Shown here in pieces: positions 23,950-38,030 of a stretch of DNA of 64,000 nt. Position numbers and translations under genes: made by a program. How positions within the stretch are numbered: position 1 is the stretch's first letter; every line of letters begins with the position of its first letter. A model generated the notes under the pieces. It had not been told where the DNA came from. It was given only the letters and a program-made list of their open reading frames with translations, and searched no databases. Source of the stretch: Octopus sinensis. Lineage: Eukaryota. The DNA is taken from positions 49,228,001-49,292,000 of the forward strand of contig NC_043008.1 in NCBI RefSeq assembly GCF_006345805.1. The letters run 5' to 3'.

Positions 23950-24900
23950 TTATATGGTAGAGTCTTAGGAATCGGAAAGCTTTTGGTTAACTGAAATTAT
24001 CCATATACTTAGTTGGAAAAAAATCCTTAGATGGGATGTTTAAAATCATATAATAGCTACTTAAAGTTTTTTTGGAAGTAAAAACTACAGAGGTATGAAT
24101 AGATCTTGGCCTTAGAAGCATTTAAATTGCAACTAGAACCGCACAACCAAATTTATTTAGGTGTCTGGAAACATTTATGGAAGTACCCTCTCGTTTGTGT
24201 TAATGGGGTGGGACTGGAACAACATCTTAGACTCACGCTGAGACTGTGTGGAAATAATGGATATGAGAGGATAGTGTAAAAACCTTACAAATCAGTTCAA
24301 ATGGTTTTAAATATTTCATAAGCATCGAGTAGATTTCTGAATTGTCCCAATGTGAACTTAGACAAACAGTAGCGAACACATTTAAATATTTATTACGTCA
24401 ATGGTACCTAGTTTTCAGGGCTATTTTTTTCTTCTTGGCTTCATATTACCCTAGGGATAATAAAAAAAAAGCTACCGGTGCATTTCGTACGAAAGGTAAA
24501 AAAAAACTAAAAAAATGACAAACTTTATTAAGGGAAAAAAGTTTAGAAAATATGAAACTTGTTGAATGTTTTATTAATTATATTTATGTATTCCAAAATT
24601 ATGGGTAACACATTTCTCAAGGTACTCAAGAATATTGATCCCTAACGCTTTAAACTATATTTTTAAACATCTGCGACGCCCCATTTCTGAAGTCTTACAT
24701 TATGTCAATGGTTAAAGGTATAGCGTGGTGGTAGGGATGTCTCTATTTTCAGGCAGTTGGCTATAAAGATCACAAGTTTGTGATATTTACGATCAATTTA
24801 GACAAGACCTGATTACTGGAAGATGAACGCGTCGTTTCCGGCAACGAAACCTTACAGTGGCCTGATTATTTTCGCTATTTCAACAGAAATTGACGGGGTC
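23950..24900 (+). mobile_element. Degenerate Tx1/L1-like LINE, APE endonuclease region
   Basis: VLMG.DWNNILD (~24200), DHKFV (~24770), PDYWKMNAS (~24810). Confidence 0.6.
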
Positions 24901-25660
24901 AATTATAAATCAGGAATGCTGGGTAGGTTCAAAAGTTTAACGAAATAAGTTGATGGAATTCCCAGTGTGTGTGATCTATCAACTGTGGTTTTATTTCGTT
25001 AATAAAATTAGGTTGATCACGACAGATCAAAATAGAGGAAACTATTTGAAAATACATCACAGGATAAAAATAACAAACCAGTTGTTAGCAAAAATTTGAT
25101 AGTCATGAAGATGTGACTGAGTTCATATCAACGCAAATATTCATAGGAAGCTTAATATAAAATAGGAAATATTTCAAACAATATAAAATTAATTTTGTCA
25201 TGTCATAACCTGTGTGTGCGTGAGAGAGAGAGAGAGAGAGAGAGAGAGTATATACATGTTTATGTGAGAGCGGGTTCTTTTCTGAGAATGTACTCAGCGG
25301 GGGCCAGCATTACATACAAGGCTAACTAAGCGATCGTCAGTGGCCCTAAAGTCAAGGGCACCACATATAACTTGTACAACATTTCTTCATCCAATAATAG
25401 ACATAACAACTCAGAAATATGAGAACAGATGAGGTTACTCCGGGACAAAGTAGGAAAGAGGACATAATTGAGTCAAGAGGCTCGTGTGAAAGTGTGACTT
25501 ATCACATGATGTAGTGCAAAACATTTCAAATTTCAGATATATTGGATCATAAAACTATAAGCTTTCTTGTTCATTACTTTAATAAGAAATTTTTTCCACT
25601 GCATTTCCCCATCTGGCGTAATGAAAGTGTAACTGGAAGATAATGTAGAGAGAATTTGAG

Positions 25661-25840
25661 GGTACTACTTAAGAAGAGTGGTCCCGGTGCGCGCACTCGC
25701 GTTAGCTAGTCGTGACTAGTCGATCCTTACTTTGTGTTTTATTTACTTTGCTAGGTAGTCGTTGTAGGATCGACTAGTAACGACTAGCTAGCACAGATAC
25801 GCAAGTGCGCGCACCGGGACCACTCTTCTTAAATAGTACC
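25661..25840. mobile_element. 180-bp MITE, Merlin-like (GGTAC termini, 8-bp TSD aatttgag)
   Basis: ~42-bp near-perfect TIRs plus internal inverted repeat; TSD 25653-25660 and 25841-25848. Confidence 0.9.
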
Positions 25841-26619
25841 AATTTGAGAAGGGAGTTTTCATTGTTGGGCTGTGAAAAGGGAGCGAACATCGTTGAACTG
25901 GGAGAAAGAGGTATGCGTTGTTGGGCTGAGAGAACCCCAGTAGTGTAGCTGCAAGGCAGGTGTGTTCCATCCCGGGTGAGGCTTTTCATGGAGGCGGTAC
26001 CATTTTATCTTCTACTGTATAAACCTATATAGGAGATAGAGTGGAAAACCCAAGGGCTGTGCCGGGTAGCACACACTCTCTAGATACACCACTGGAAAAC
26101 CGATTCCTTACTTGTAGGGCTGACATAGAGCACTCGAGCACTCCCTGGGGGGTGGCATCAGAGAATGTCAGAAATCAAAGATATATGTAGACCCCTTCCG
26201 TATCTTTAATCCTTGATATCTAAATGACAAAACACTCAGCACCAGAAGCAGCCGTTCAAGAATTTGGACCTGGAGATCTCCGTTTCCAGCGACTTCGAGG
26301 ACCACCTACCAGTGGTGTCGGGTGTCAACGAAGAGCCCTCGACTACAACAAGACGACCAAAGTTTTTTTTTTCCAAGGTCTGGGGTCTCCCGCCCCTAAG
26401 CCCTAGATCATCACCTAATCACCCTTACCCGGCTTGTTGCTTAACAACAACAACAACAACAACAGCACCAGAAGCAAAGAAAAATGACATTCACGCCGAT
26501 TAGTATGTAATTCCTCCAATCCAACATTCACATGTCCCATTCGCAACCGAAGCAGCACACCGAAGATTGATTGCAATGTAGAATCCTCAAAAGATTTTAA
26601 CGATATAGTTTATAACTTC

Positions 26620-26998
26620 AGTATACCCACACAAGCATGCTCCCACCGACTTTGTTTCCAGAAAAATGGATAATTTTTAATGAAATTTTCTATAAGTACC
26701 TTTCAGAGTGTATAAATTATGGTTATATCGGAATTTAATATGAAAAAGGAAAAAAAAAAAAAAAATGGTGGGTTCGCACACGTAGATATTGACATACATC
26801 GCATGAAACTTGAAATTTCGAAAGAAATTGTGATGTGTGTGTATACGAGGCCACCAATTTTCTTTTTCATATTAAATTCCGATATAATCATATTCTGGGA
26901 GATATTTGTAGAAAATTTCATTAAAATTACGATTTTTCTTCAAGTTGTAAGGAAACTAAGTCGGATGGGGGGGGGCGGTACACTTATGTAGGTATGTC
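26620..26998. mobile_element. Foldback/MITE element
   Basis: tatatcggaatttaatatgaaaaag mirrored by ctttttcatattaaattccgatata, plus outer mirrored blocks. Confidence 0.65.
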
Positions 26999-28779
26999 CA
27001 GGCTTCCATACATTTCCATTTACCAAACGTTCGTTCCATGCTATAGTAAAAGACACTTAAGCCCAAGGTACCTTGCAGTGGAATCGAACACGAAACCATG
27101 TTGATCTTTTTTAAATGAATTCATTTTTATTCCCAAATAACAAACAGATTGCTCTTATCGCTGTTTTCCATTTAACAACTTTAGCATTTGTTTATTTCTT
27201 TTTCAGAAACCGTTGAACTAGTTTTAAGAGTTACATTAAGTGCATTTTTTGTTGTTTATGTTTACCTGTCTGTTTATTGCTTTCTCACCTGAAGAAGTCT
27301 TGCCGTCTTTGCCGTTAATCTTTTTTTTTTTTTGCTTTTTTGCTTTTACCCTCTAGGAGTCTCCAAAGACTAATAAAGTAATTGTTTCGTCATTATTTTC
27401 CTTTTAGGTGGAATTTTAAATATATTTACACATGTCTTGTTTCGTACATAAATTTAGCCTACGTTGTGCAAATAGGCTTCATGTTTAAAACTTTTTTTTA
27501 TATAGGATTGAGGTGGAACGAACAAAATTTGTAAGTGGGGCAAAATGAGTAATTTCTTTATTTTTTGCTATTTTTTCCCTATCTGTTTGAAATTGTTACA
27601 TTGCAAGTATTGCATCATCGCTTTGTGCTGTTCCATCATCTATGAAAGTAAAATTCAGTCAGCATAATTGTTAAAGTTGAGAGAATTTGAAGCAGGTAAC
27701 AGGTGCATTTTTTTCAAGAAATTTTTCCTCACCCAATTGTAATTGAGGTTGTTGATAAAATATCTGGATTATTCTAGGTGTTTAAAAATCAATATTCTTT
27801 TCTCTGTTGGCTTCCAAGTCGATGTTTTTCCCCACACTAATGACTAATTTGATAATTTTCAATTTCCGAAAAAATGTCAAAAATGAGGGGAAATGAATAA
27901 TGGCTAATTTCATTAATTTCTTCTTATGTGTAAATATATCAGGAAGAGAGCCACTCCAGAAGCTGGAGAGAATATTTTCATGTTTAATATTAGATTTTTA
28001 GATTAGTCAAGTTTTGTTGGTTTCATATCATGTGCCATTTTTTCATGATCTTCTTTCAGTTGGACCAAGATATTTAAATTTTTGTTATATTTCTCATCTT
28101 TCTGATGTCTAAGGATGGATATTAATGTTTATTAGTCTTTTTACCTTCGAACATTAGGCCTCACCAAGGCAATGACTAGTGACTGGACCTTTGGAAATAT
28201 ACTGTGCTTGAGAAAACTCAGCAAGCCAAGTGATACCATAACCTCGTGGCCTATGCCAGGGGTGTAACCAGCCCACTTATGCGTACCTTTCCTTCATTAG
28301 ACACTAAACTTTGCTTGCGAAGACCTGTTGAGGCAAGTGAAATCATTTTTCTAATAACTGTTCAGGAGAAGAAGGGCAGCAATTATAAGACTAGCAATTG
28401 TAGAGATGTAAGATGATGAAGAAGGCTGAAATTAGTCAAAAGATCTTCAACCTTTGTCAGATTATCAACTAACAATAACACTGCCGTTTGTAAAACAGCA
28501 GGAGTTGAAGGAGTGAATTAAAAAGTGGGAATTTTATATAAAAGTAATAAAGGATGGGTGAGATAAACACATTTCTCTAAAAAAACATCAAATGTTAGGT
28601 TGTTGAGGAAGACAACAGCAGACATGTTCAAAAGTCTGGAAAATATCCAATTGACATGGGGGCCTTTAAAGACCAAAATATCAGATGTTAAAGGAGCCCT
28701 TGGAGACTAAGTTTTTTTTTGGTTTTTTTTTTGCCAATAAGGCAAGAATTTCTCTCAGAACTTTTTCATCTACAAGTTT

Positions 28780-30330
28780 GCTGAGAATAAGAAATATGAG
28801 TATTCTTGCACAGGAGTCTGTTTGAACTGAAGCATACCTGCTAACTGATCTCAGGTCATGTAGTGTAGATGTGGCAGCTGTCAGGAAGACTGAGGTCTCT
28901 GAACCATAACTGCTTGATCTCTTACTGGATGAACTTCTGTTTGATCATCTCAGGGGCAATGTTGGTTTGGAGAGATCTGGATTTCAGGGTATAATCAACA
29001 TTTCTAGATTCAAAGGAATGGTTGAGTGTCTTTGGGTATGTAGCAACAAAAGACTGCTCTGGAGATTTTGTCCATTTATATTCTAGTGACAGGACAGCCA
29101 GAGTTTTTTTATGTACCTCATGTTATTCTAAAGAATAGTCTGCATTTTATTATGGGTCAGGGAATTGGAATAACATCTTGGATGCATATTACAACCATTG
29201 GAGTTAAAGATGGTAAACTGGCTCAAAAAATACCAATTGAACTCTCTGAATGAACCACAGCAGATGTCATTTGGGTAGGTTTACAAGTAAATCTACCTAA
29301 ATCAGATAAGAAAGTAAAGGTTGCTTAAAGTTTCACTTAGCTATTTGAACCACAAATATGTATCGTTGCATGGTTCACATAAATAGGACAGCTAGGTTGT
29401 GAACCTGTTACTGGAGGTTCAGTTATTTCTGACACAGAAGACTTATGAGAACCAGATTGCTGAGTTAAAGAGAATCTAACAGAAGCTTAAAAGCTGTTGA
29501 GGTGAGGTTGAGTCTGAAGATATATTTCTTTATTGCCCACAAGGGGCTAAAGATAGAGGGGACAGACAAGGGGATTAAGTCGATTACATCGACATTACCC
29601 CAGTGCGAAACTTTATTTATCAACCCCGAAAGGATGAAAGGCAAAGTCGACCTCAGCAGAATTTGAACTCAGAACGTAACGGCAGACGAAATACCGCTCA
29701 GCATTTCGCCCAGCGTACTAACGTCTCTGCCAGCTCGCCGCCAGCATTTGTGAGGTTGTATTGTTGGAGCTAAATTGTGAGCTCCAAGATTTAAAGGAAT
29801 GGATAATACCTGTGCCAGGTGCAGTGGAGTGTGAACGAAAGAGCAACAAAATCATTGTAGGTTCTCTGTCAAATAAATTGATGTATTTGGTGTTACATTT
29901 TGAATAAATATGCAAGTTTTCTTCTTTTTTTTTAACAACATTACATCAAATTCTTCTTAGAAAAAGCGAATTAGTGGCAGTGAACTTCAGTGATCTAACC
30001 TGGTTTTCAGAAGCAAAAAGAATTGTGCAACAGACTTAGCTTTGTTCCTGAAATAGTTGAGTGATAATGAATGAATGTGTGAAAGGGAGGTTATACAAAC
30101 TAGAATGGTTGTCCCTGTTCCTGTGAGCTCAGGTAGCAAACACCTAAAATGTTTCATGGGTATTTAATTATTTGCTCTAAATAAGATCTGACTCAGTCGG
30201 GGTACTTGCTCTTCAGGTTTTGTGAGACGAACAGATGCAAATTTATCAGAAAGTCCAGGACAGGGAAATCAGTAAAGTGGTTTTTAGTGCCATCCTCTTT
30301 TATGTTCTCAGTCCTGGGTTGAGTTAACTA
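28780..30330 (+). mobile_element. Highly degenerate Tx1/L1-like LINE (APE to RT) with nested SINE B at 29522-29742 (-)
   Basis: LLTDLRSCSVDVAAV.KT (QET-like), IMG.G.WNNILD (~29150), weak RT QG..LS remnant near 30260-30320. Confidence 0.5.
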
Positions 30331-32109
30331 CTCAACATCTATTAAATTGGTGGCTTTTATGTCTATTCTGTGTTAAGATTAGAATGATGGACAAAATGGC
30401 ATTCTTTGTTCTTGCAAAGACACACACACACACATAAACATGTGTATGTTTGTGGGTGTATATGACTGAGGGTGGATCGCCATTTGGTCATGATGATTCA
30501 GTTCAATCAATCATCCACTTTGAATAAACCTAATTTCTTGCTCATTGAATGACCATGTAATTGACTGAGTATTCCACAGACACGCACACCTTTGACATAA
30601 TTCTCAGGCAGAATCAAGTGGTACAAACTTATCATAAGGTGTGTGATAGGGTTGCATCATTTTAAATACAGGTATAATCCAATTAATGAGTTTCTATACA
30701 GTTCCCATTGATTCTATTTTATTCACAAGGTGCATGTTGACCTGAGACTACAGAAAATGACATTTAGCCAAAATGCCACACCTTTAGACCAACCCTGAAA
30801 CCTCATAGATGCAAAGCAAACTGCTTAATTATTCAGCCATTCTATGCTCTCACACACACACACACACATACTGAGTTGAAATTTACAGAAAAGTAAAAGA
30901 TGAAGACAGGTGTATAAACAACAAGCAGGTGTATTAGTTTGACACTCGGGAAGGTGAGAAAGTCTTCTTTTGTTACATATATGTATATATACAGCATACT
31001 GACAATTCAGCGTCGACAATTCAGGGCATATAATATATGTAATTTATTATAACATTATATTGGTGTTGGTTGTATATCTAAAACACATGCACAGGCAACC
31101 TACGAACACAGCATTCATAGAATAGATTAACTTGACACAAAGAAAAAGCATACATATACATAAAATAAACACCAGCAAAAAAGCATAAACATATATACAC
31201 ACACCCATACGAAATAACCTTTACCTAAGTTCAATAAGATGCCTTGTACTGAAATGTCTATGCGCTGAATTGTCACATCACGGTATACATACATACATAC
31301 ATACACAAATACATACATACATACAAAAATACATACATACATGATGGCTGCACCCTCGTTATCAAGTATGGCCATTGCATGAAGCTTAACTGTTATTGGT
31401 GCTGTGATCGAATGTGACTTTTTAGCCCAGCTAAAGATCTACAGTGTCTTTTACAGAATTGGCAGCTAAAACCTTTACATATATACATATATTCATACAT
31501 AAATACACAAAGTGTCAAAACTGTGATGGTGTTTGGTCAACAACTGATGTGGGGTTGAGCTTTTCTCCATCTGCTGTGTGTGTTTTTTTTTCTGTTTTTC
31601 TATAAATTCTTCCCTTCCTGACACCAACCATCGTTTCCAAACAGGTGTGGGTTCGTGTCAGGAAAGACATCTGGCCATAGAAAATCTATCTCAGTAAAAC
31701 TCAAACCAACCTATGCAAGCGGTTCAGCAAAAGAGACTGATAGAATAAGTACCAGGCTTACAAAGAATAAGTCCTGGGCTCGATTTGTTCAACTAAAGGT
31801 GGTGCTCTGGCATGGCCGCAGTCAAATGACTGAAACAAGTAAAAGAGTATATACACACACACACACACAAATATTGTCAGCTCTTAATATATCTTATTCA
31901 GTTACATGACTGAGCTGGCAGAAATGTTAGGACACCAGGCAAAATGCTTAGCGGTATTTTGTCTGTCATTAGGTTCTGAGTTCAACTTAGCCTCTCATCC
32001 TTTCGGGGTCGATAAATTAAGTACCAGTTGCGTACAGGGGTTGATCTCATCGACTGCCCCCCCTCCCCCCAAATTTCAGGCCTTGTGCCTAAAGTAGAAA
32101 AGTTATATG

Positions 32110-32700
32110 ACTGACAAGATCAGCAGAGTTGTCTGTTTTGCTCGCATCATCCACTGTCTTCCCAGAGTTCAGTCATTTTCCTTCATTAGTTCTCCCTCAT
32201 CCTTTGTAATAAGTAAATGTTGTATATCTAATGGTCTGTATTCACCTCGTATCTCTCCTGTTTCTGCTGTAAGACTTCCAAATCCATTGCCCCCATTTCT
32301 TTGTTAAACCGTATCACATTACTTACTTTCTCATACAGCTTTTCTCTTGCTCAGAGAAAAGAATTTCTTTGAAACCAACAGAAGTTCTGTGATCTTATTC
32401 TTACCATATTTGCGCTATAATCATTAGACTTTCACCAGAAATATATCTTTAGAACTAATTATAGCATTGAATGTTTGCCTAACAAAACTTGCTCCACATT
32501 CAATAATCCTCTGGGGTGATCCTTACACACAAACCAAACATCACCTCTTGGCAAGATGTCCTTCGATTCCTCTCTCGAATTAAACCTGTTTGTTTAAGTT
32601 TCAAGAGCGATTATTTCATAGCAAATGCCTTTCATAATTGTTATGTAATTTATCCAGGAAATCCACATCACACCAGTTTGGTATCTCTTGTTTGCTTACA
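32110..32700 (-). mobile_element. Degenerate R4/Dong-like RT C-terminal region
   Basis: YGKNKIT and SNVIR...LTRNGGNGFG resemble LNGKNKI and DRLYLPRKEGGRGL. Confidence 0.4.
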
Positions 32701-33879
32701 AATATATATATAAATATATACATTCTGTGTTAAAGAAATAACATACATTCAATTACATATGATAGTCTCAAAAAAACAAGAAAGTTAAACTTAATACACA
32801 TCACACATACACTCCATTAAGTCTTCCATACTAATTCTTGCATCTAATTTCACTTGGACATTTTCCTTTTTCTGTTTCCTTTGCTGCTATTAATTCAAAT
32901 TAGTTTACCATTCTTTGCACATGGAAAGAATACACACACACACACATTGATATATATATATCAGAGTAAATCTATCTCAAACTGTTTACATAGCTATTTA
33001 ATGCTGTATGAATGCTAAAAGCTAATGCACACACACACACACACACATGCTAATGTGTCTCACTTCTCAAGAGTGTATAAAAAAATATCTTCTGCATTTC
33101 ATCTGTTAACCTTGCTCGTCAAATTACAGATGAGGGAAAGGGTATTTTGTTCCCGGTCTCTCGATAAATACCCTAAGGAAATCTAGTGTAGACATAATAA
33201 CCATTCTTACATTCGAAAGATATAATTGCACGACTTAGTTTCATAACAAGCTCAACAAAATCCTGTAACTGAGGGGATTCGATATAATTACCTTCACACC
33301 AACATAACCAATGGTTTCAAACCATAGCAATTATAGTGCAAGCGGATATTCACGTTTCCTTCAAACAAACTTGAGTTGGTTGTAACAAATAGTTGTTTTA
33401 TATACATGCAGCTCAGTGTTTGGTGAATTGTTTCTGTGCCAAGGTTGATAAGAACAAATACCTGTAAGATATTAGGGTTGATATCAAGTAACCACTCTCT
33501 AACAAAGAATAACCTTGTGCTTAATTGAATGAATTCATTTTTCTACCCAATGTTATATATTTTTAAATTTCGAAAAAACATTACTGCATTTAATGTCATA
33601 AAAGACAAACGGACATATTAGTTGCACCCCAATTTCAGCAGCAATTCAAGAAAAGAATTTTTTAATGCATGTGATATTTAAAACAATCTGAAACACAGGA
33701 CCCAAGTTGACTTTTCCAAGGCTGGTTTTTTTCTTATGGACCATGAAATATCGTATTCAGTCCTCTTTCAGTTGAAACAAAATGAATGGTTTGTGTGTTT
33801 ACAGTTTATGGGTTGACTACTTCAGAAGTTGAGGTGGTTTATACCAAACTGGAGAGGAATGGAATGACAGCAATACTAT

Positions 33880-34287
33880 ATATTTCTTTACTGCCAACAA
33901 GGCTCTAAACATAAAGAGGACAAACAAGGACAGACAAAGGGATTAAGTCGATTACATCCAGCCCAGTGCGAAACTGGTACTTTACTTATCGACCCCCGAA
34001 AGGATGAAAGGGTAAGTCACCCTCGGCGGAATTTGAACCCAGACGAAATACCTATTTCTTTACTACCCACAAGGGGCTTAAACACAGAGGAGACAAACAA
34101 GGACAGACAGACGGATTAAGTCGATTATATCGACCCTAGTGCGTAACTGGTACTTATTTAATTGACCCCGAAAGGATGAAAGGCAAAGTCGACCTCGGCG
34201 GAATTTGAACACAGAACGTAGCGGCAGACAAAATACCGCTAAGCATTTTGCCCGGCGTGCCAACGAGTCTGCCAGCTCGTCGCCTTA
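33880..34287 (-). mobile_element. Tandem SINE family B
   Basis: Same architecture as 21155-21540, reversed. Confidence 0.85.
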
Positions 34288-35327
34288 AATAACAGCAATT
34301 CTATACGGACCAGCTGGAACATATTTTAAAACTAATTGGGATGTGGTTGATTTGGGCTTCCATACTGAAATGAGCTGCCAATCATGAGGGCTGATCTCGC
34401 CTAGAAATGTACGGATTGAAATGTTTATTCATCACTTAGATAATGAACAATATCCTCATCAGAGAACATCTGATAAAACTGAAATGTCTACTTTTCTTCT
34501 GATTGAAGAACCAGATTTCTTTAGTAAGAAAGTTCTGCAACCAGATCAGCCATCATGATCGTCGGTTCAGTCATTTCAATACGGAAGCCCAAAACAAACA
34601 CATCTCAACTGTTCTCGCAGTTGGACTTGCTGCTCTTTTCCCCGATTGATCTTAGCTTCTGTTCCTCTCTAGTTTTGGTATGACCCACCTCAACTTCTGC
34701 CGTAGTCAACAGTCTGATGACAACATAAGGAATATTTTTGCTATTAATGTGAAGGTATGTCGTGACATCTACAAATATTCATGATCTATGAATAGGCGTA
34801 AGGTCTTCCTGGGTTTACCGTGAAGATTATCACAGGATAGAGGATAGATAGAGTTTATCCTCAAATATAGAGTTTTGTAAATTCCATCGACAGTCATAAC
34901 TAGGAAATTAATCATTAGGATATTAGTCTACTTGCCGAGGAATGCAGTTTAAATCCGGTGTTATAAGCTACGTTAATGATGTATAATTAACAAGCTTTTG
35001 GTTAATTTGCAGTGCTAAATCCAAATCCGTCGAAGGGGAGGGTGGCAGTTTATCTAAGAGAGATTGGTGTCTAAGTGAAATTCTGTAAATATGTTGGTAG
35101 ATGAGAGGAGAACAGACCAGTCATTTGTAGAATCTATGAATCTATATTATGCTTGTGTCTGAATGTTACTCCTCTAACAGCCTTAACTAAGGAACAATTT
35201 CGAAGACAATCGAAATAAGTATTCAACGAAATAAATCGAGTTCAAATGTTATGCGTTAAACAACATTAACCACGGAACAAAATCAGACATTATTGAAGTC
35301 TATAAACGAAATAAAACAACAATGTTG

Positions 35328-35728
35328 GGATCTTTTCGGTTTGAACGGCAGTTTTTTCTAGCGGTGTCATATGAAATTGTCACCCATAATTATAACCCTA
35401 GTATCGATCTATTGCATTTCAATCTGTTTTAGGGTTAGGGTATCTTTTTTTCTTCACAAATGTAAATAAACCCAATCTGTTTCTTAAACGAGGGACATAT
35501 TCATACAGCACAGAATGTTTTTTTACCTCAATACACGTCATTGATTGGTTGAAATTGCAGAAATTGAAGAAAAAAAAACAACAAATATCTTACAAACTAC
35601 AGAATTTTCTCAATAAAGCCAAGAGAAAAAGATGTTTTATAAACACATTCTACCAGTATACGAAGTTTAAAAGTGTTTAGTTACGTGGAAATTATTTAAA
35701 AAAACTGCCGGTCAAACCGAAAAGATCT
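35328..35728. mobile_element. MITE with GGATCTTTTCGGTTTGA TIRs; other copies 39247-39595, 40461-40813, diverged ~38050-38308
   Basis: ~30-bp TIRs; flanks caatgttg / caatgtta (7 of 8 match). Confidence 0.85.
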
Positions 35729-36187
35729 CAATGTTATGCAGATCCCATCTATAAATTTCTACATCAAATTAGATATAGAAATATTTATAAAAAGCAGTGT
35801 TTCCGCGAATTTCGAAAGACAGTATTTTCGTTACAGAAAAAATGCTGTAACATGTTATTGAAACACCATTACAATCTGTCGTAATTTTTTTTCCTTCTTT
35901 TGTTAAGTCATACAGTCAAAAGAGGGACATTTCCACTAAAAATAGAATCACCTCTGTTGCATACTTTTCTCATTAAGTGTCCACTTGAGTTTACTTGAGT
36001 GCAAACGGATGAAAACATTTATCTTATTGTTCTTTCAAAGTCACAATTGGATACTATTCCCCACCATTACACTTCTTTTCCTTTTCCTTCTATCAAAACT
36101 TTATTTGTTCGTAAATTTTTTCGTGCTATTAATTAATATTACTTGTAAAACCGTTTAACAGAAAAACCGAGAATAATAACTACATGT

Positions 36188-36562
36188 TCTTTTATTCTTT
36201 TACTTGTTTCAGTCATTTGACTGTGGCCATGCTGGAGCACCGCCTTTAGTCGAACAAATCGACCCCAGGACTTATTCTTTGTAAGCCTAGTACTTATTCT
36301 ATCGGTCTCTTTTGCCGAACCGATAAGTTATGGGGGACGTAAACACACCAGCATCGGTTGTCAAGCGATGGGGACAAACACAGACACACAAACACACACA
36401 TATATATACGACGGGCTTCTTTCAGTTTTCCGTCTACCAAATCAACTCACAAGACTTTGGTCGGCCCGAAGCTATAGTTGAAGACACTTCCCCAAGGTGT
36501 CACGCAGTAGGACTGAACTCGGAACCTTGTGGTTGGTAAGCAAGCTACTTACCACACAGCCA
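36188..36562 (-). mobile_element. Composite SINE family A
   Basis: Head, CA tract, 3' module gctccagcatggcc; near-identical to 39878-40287. Confidence 0.85.
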
Positions 36563-37141
36563 CCACGAAAATGTGATCGTATTTCGTTTTTAATTTTGGC
36601 GGTCGGGATGGTGAGATTTGTAGTGAGCAGTATTTCACACAAATATTGTTGCTGTTATTGTTACTGTTGGTGGTGGTGTTTAGCACTAAGTCAACTCTGA
36701 GCAAGTGACTCTAAATGATGAGATGGTCACGGATGGAATATTTTTAATCAGAGATTCACTTGTTATCATGATTTAATCTGTTCGTTTTTGAAAGACTGTA
36801 GGTTGTAATATGAGACGAGTGATTATTTGGCTATTATTTTGAGCAGGCTAAGCGACCACATAGGGACTCCCTCATTATCATGTGTCGACCTGCTTGTGGT
36901 GGTAGAGGTGTTGGTGATGATAGTGGTGCTGGTGACACAGCAATAGTGATGAAAATAGTGGGGTGGTAGTACAGGTGGTAGTGGAGGCGGCGACGATGTA
37001 AAACTACATAATCTAATATGTCATAACTTTACACAAGATGGGTGTGAATCCAAGGGAGATTTGGCTGTGATTTCTAATGAACACATAGAGGCTGTCGCAT
37101 TGGCTGAACTAAGTCTCGATTATATGACCTATTATAATATA

Positions 37142-38030
37142 CAAGCAGATGTTCCCAGCGTTGTCCGGGATGTTAGCAGTATAGTTCGAGTTCATTTATG
37201 TATATATACAGTTATAATATGCAAAGATTTCTGATAATAAAAGAAAAGTTTTTTGTTGTTTTTTTTTGCTGAAGTAAAACGTCAGATTTATTGCACACAT
37301 TGTATGGCAACATGTCTAGAATTTGACCATGAAATGTGGGCAAAGGTACTAATGTAATAAGTAAGCGCACAAAAAATCAAAAACAAAAAAAAATTTACTG
37401 TGTAATCAAAATCATTTCGGTTGTAGGTCCTTGTTAAAGCAGTCATGTTCACCACGCAAAACAAAGCGTAAATACAGAAAATTAGATGCCTTCACCATGC
37501 TTATGCAATATGCAGCGTTAATAAAAAAAGACTGGTGTTCAGTTCATAGAACCTTGTGGTAGATAATATTCTTAGTTGCACCTCGAGGAACGAATGCAAA
37601 CAGATTGTCTTTCCTCCTAACTCTGGAGCAGGCAATGTACAACTGCCCATGTGAGAAACATGGCTTTTCCAGGTGAATTCCCACCACGGACAAAGTATGA
37701 CTTTGCGATTTATTGATCGACATTCCAAAACTGATGCGAATAGGAAACTGGAGTCTTCTGAAGGAGAAGAGGATGTCTGATGTGGACGGAGTAAGTGGAA
37801 TTCGTGGAATGAAGATGTCCTCTCCTTTGCCATCCAGAAAGAATGGTTGCCTCAATGACATACGCCATCATCTTTTTTACCACCATCCATGCTCCAAGTT
37901 TCGCAGTAGCATAACTGGAGCACCCACTTTGAGACTTAGTTGGTGAGGAGGTAATCCAGGGGGTTCTAATGAATTTAGGAATTCAGTGGGATAATGGACA
38001 ACCTCTTCAGGATTTTGAATTGTGAGCGCA
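37142..38030 (-). mobile_element. Helitron 3' fragment with PIF1 helicase (RepHel C-terminus) remnant
   Basis: [33 protein letters not shown] and FRRLQFPIRISFGMSINKSQ...FSHGQLYIACSRV; 3' hairpin cccggacaacgctggg and CTTG|T end. Confidence 0.92.

Noticed and set aside
27289-27375. CTGAAGA-agtctt...aagac possible hammerhead
   Set aside because: GAAA half absent; too degenerate to support
34560-35300. Possible Tx1-like RT remnant
   Set aside because: Motif matches too weak by eye; needs a translated search
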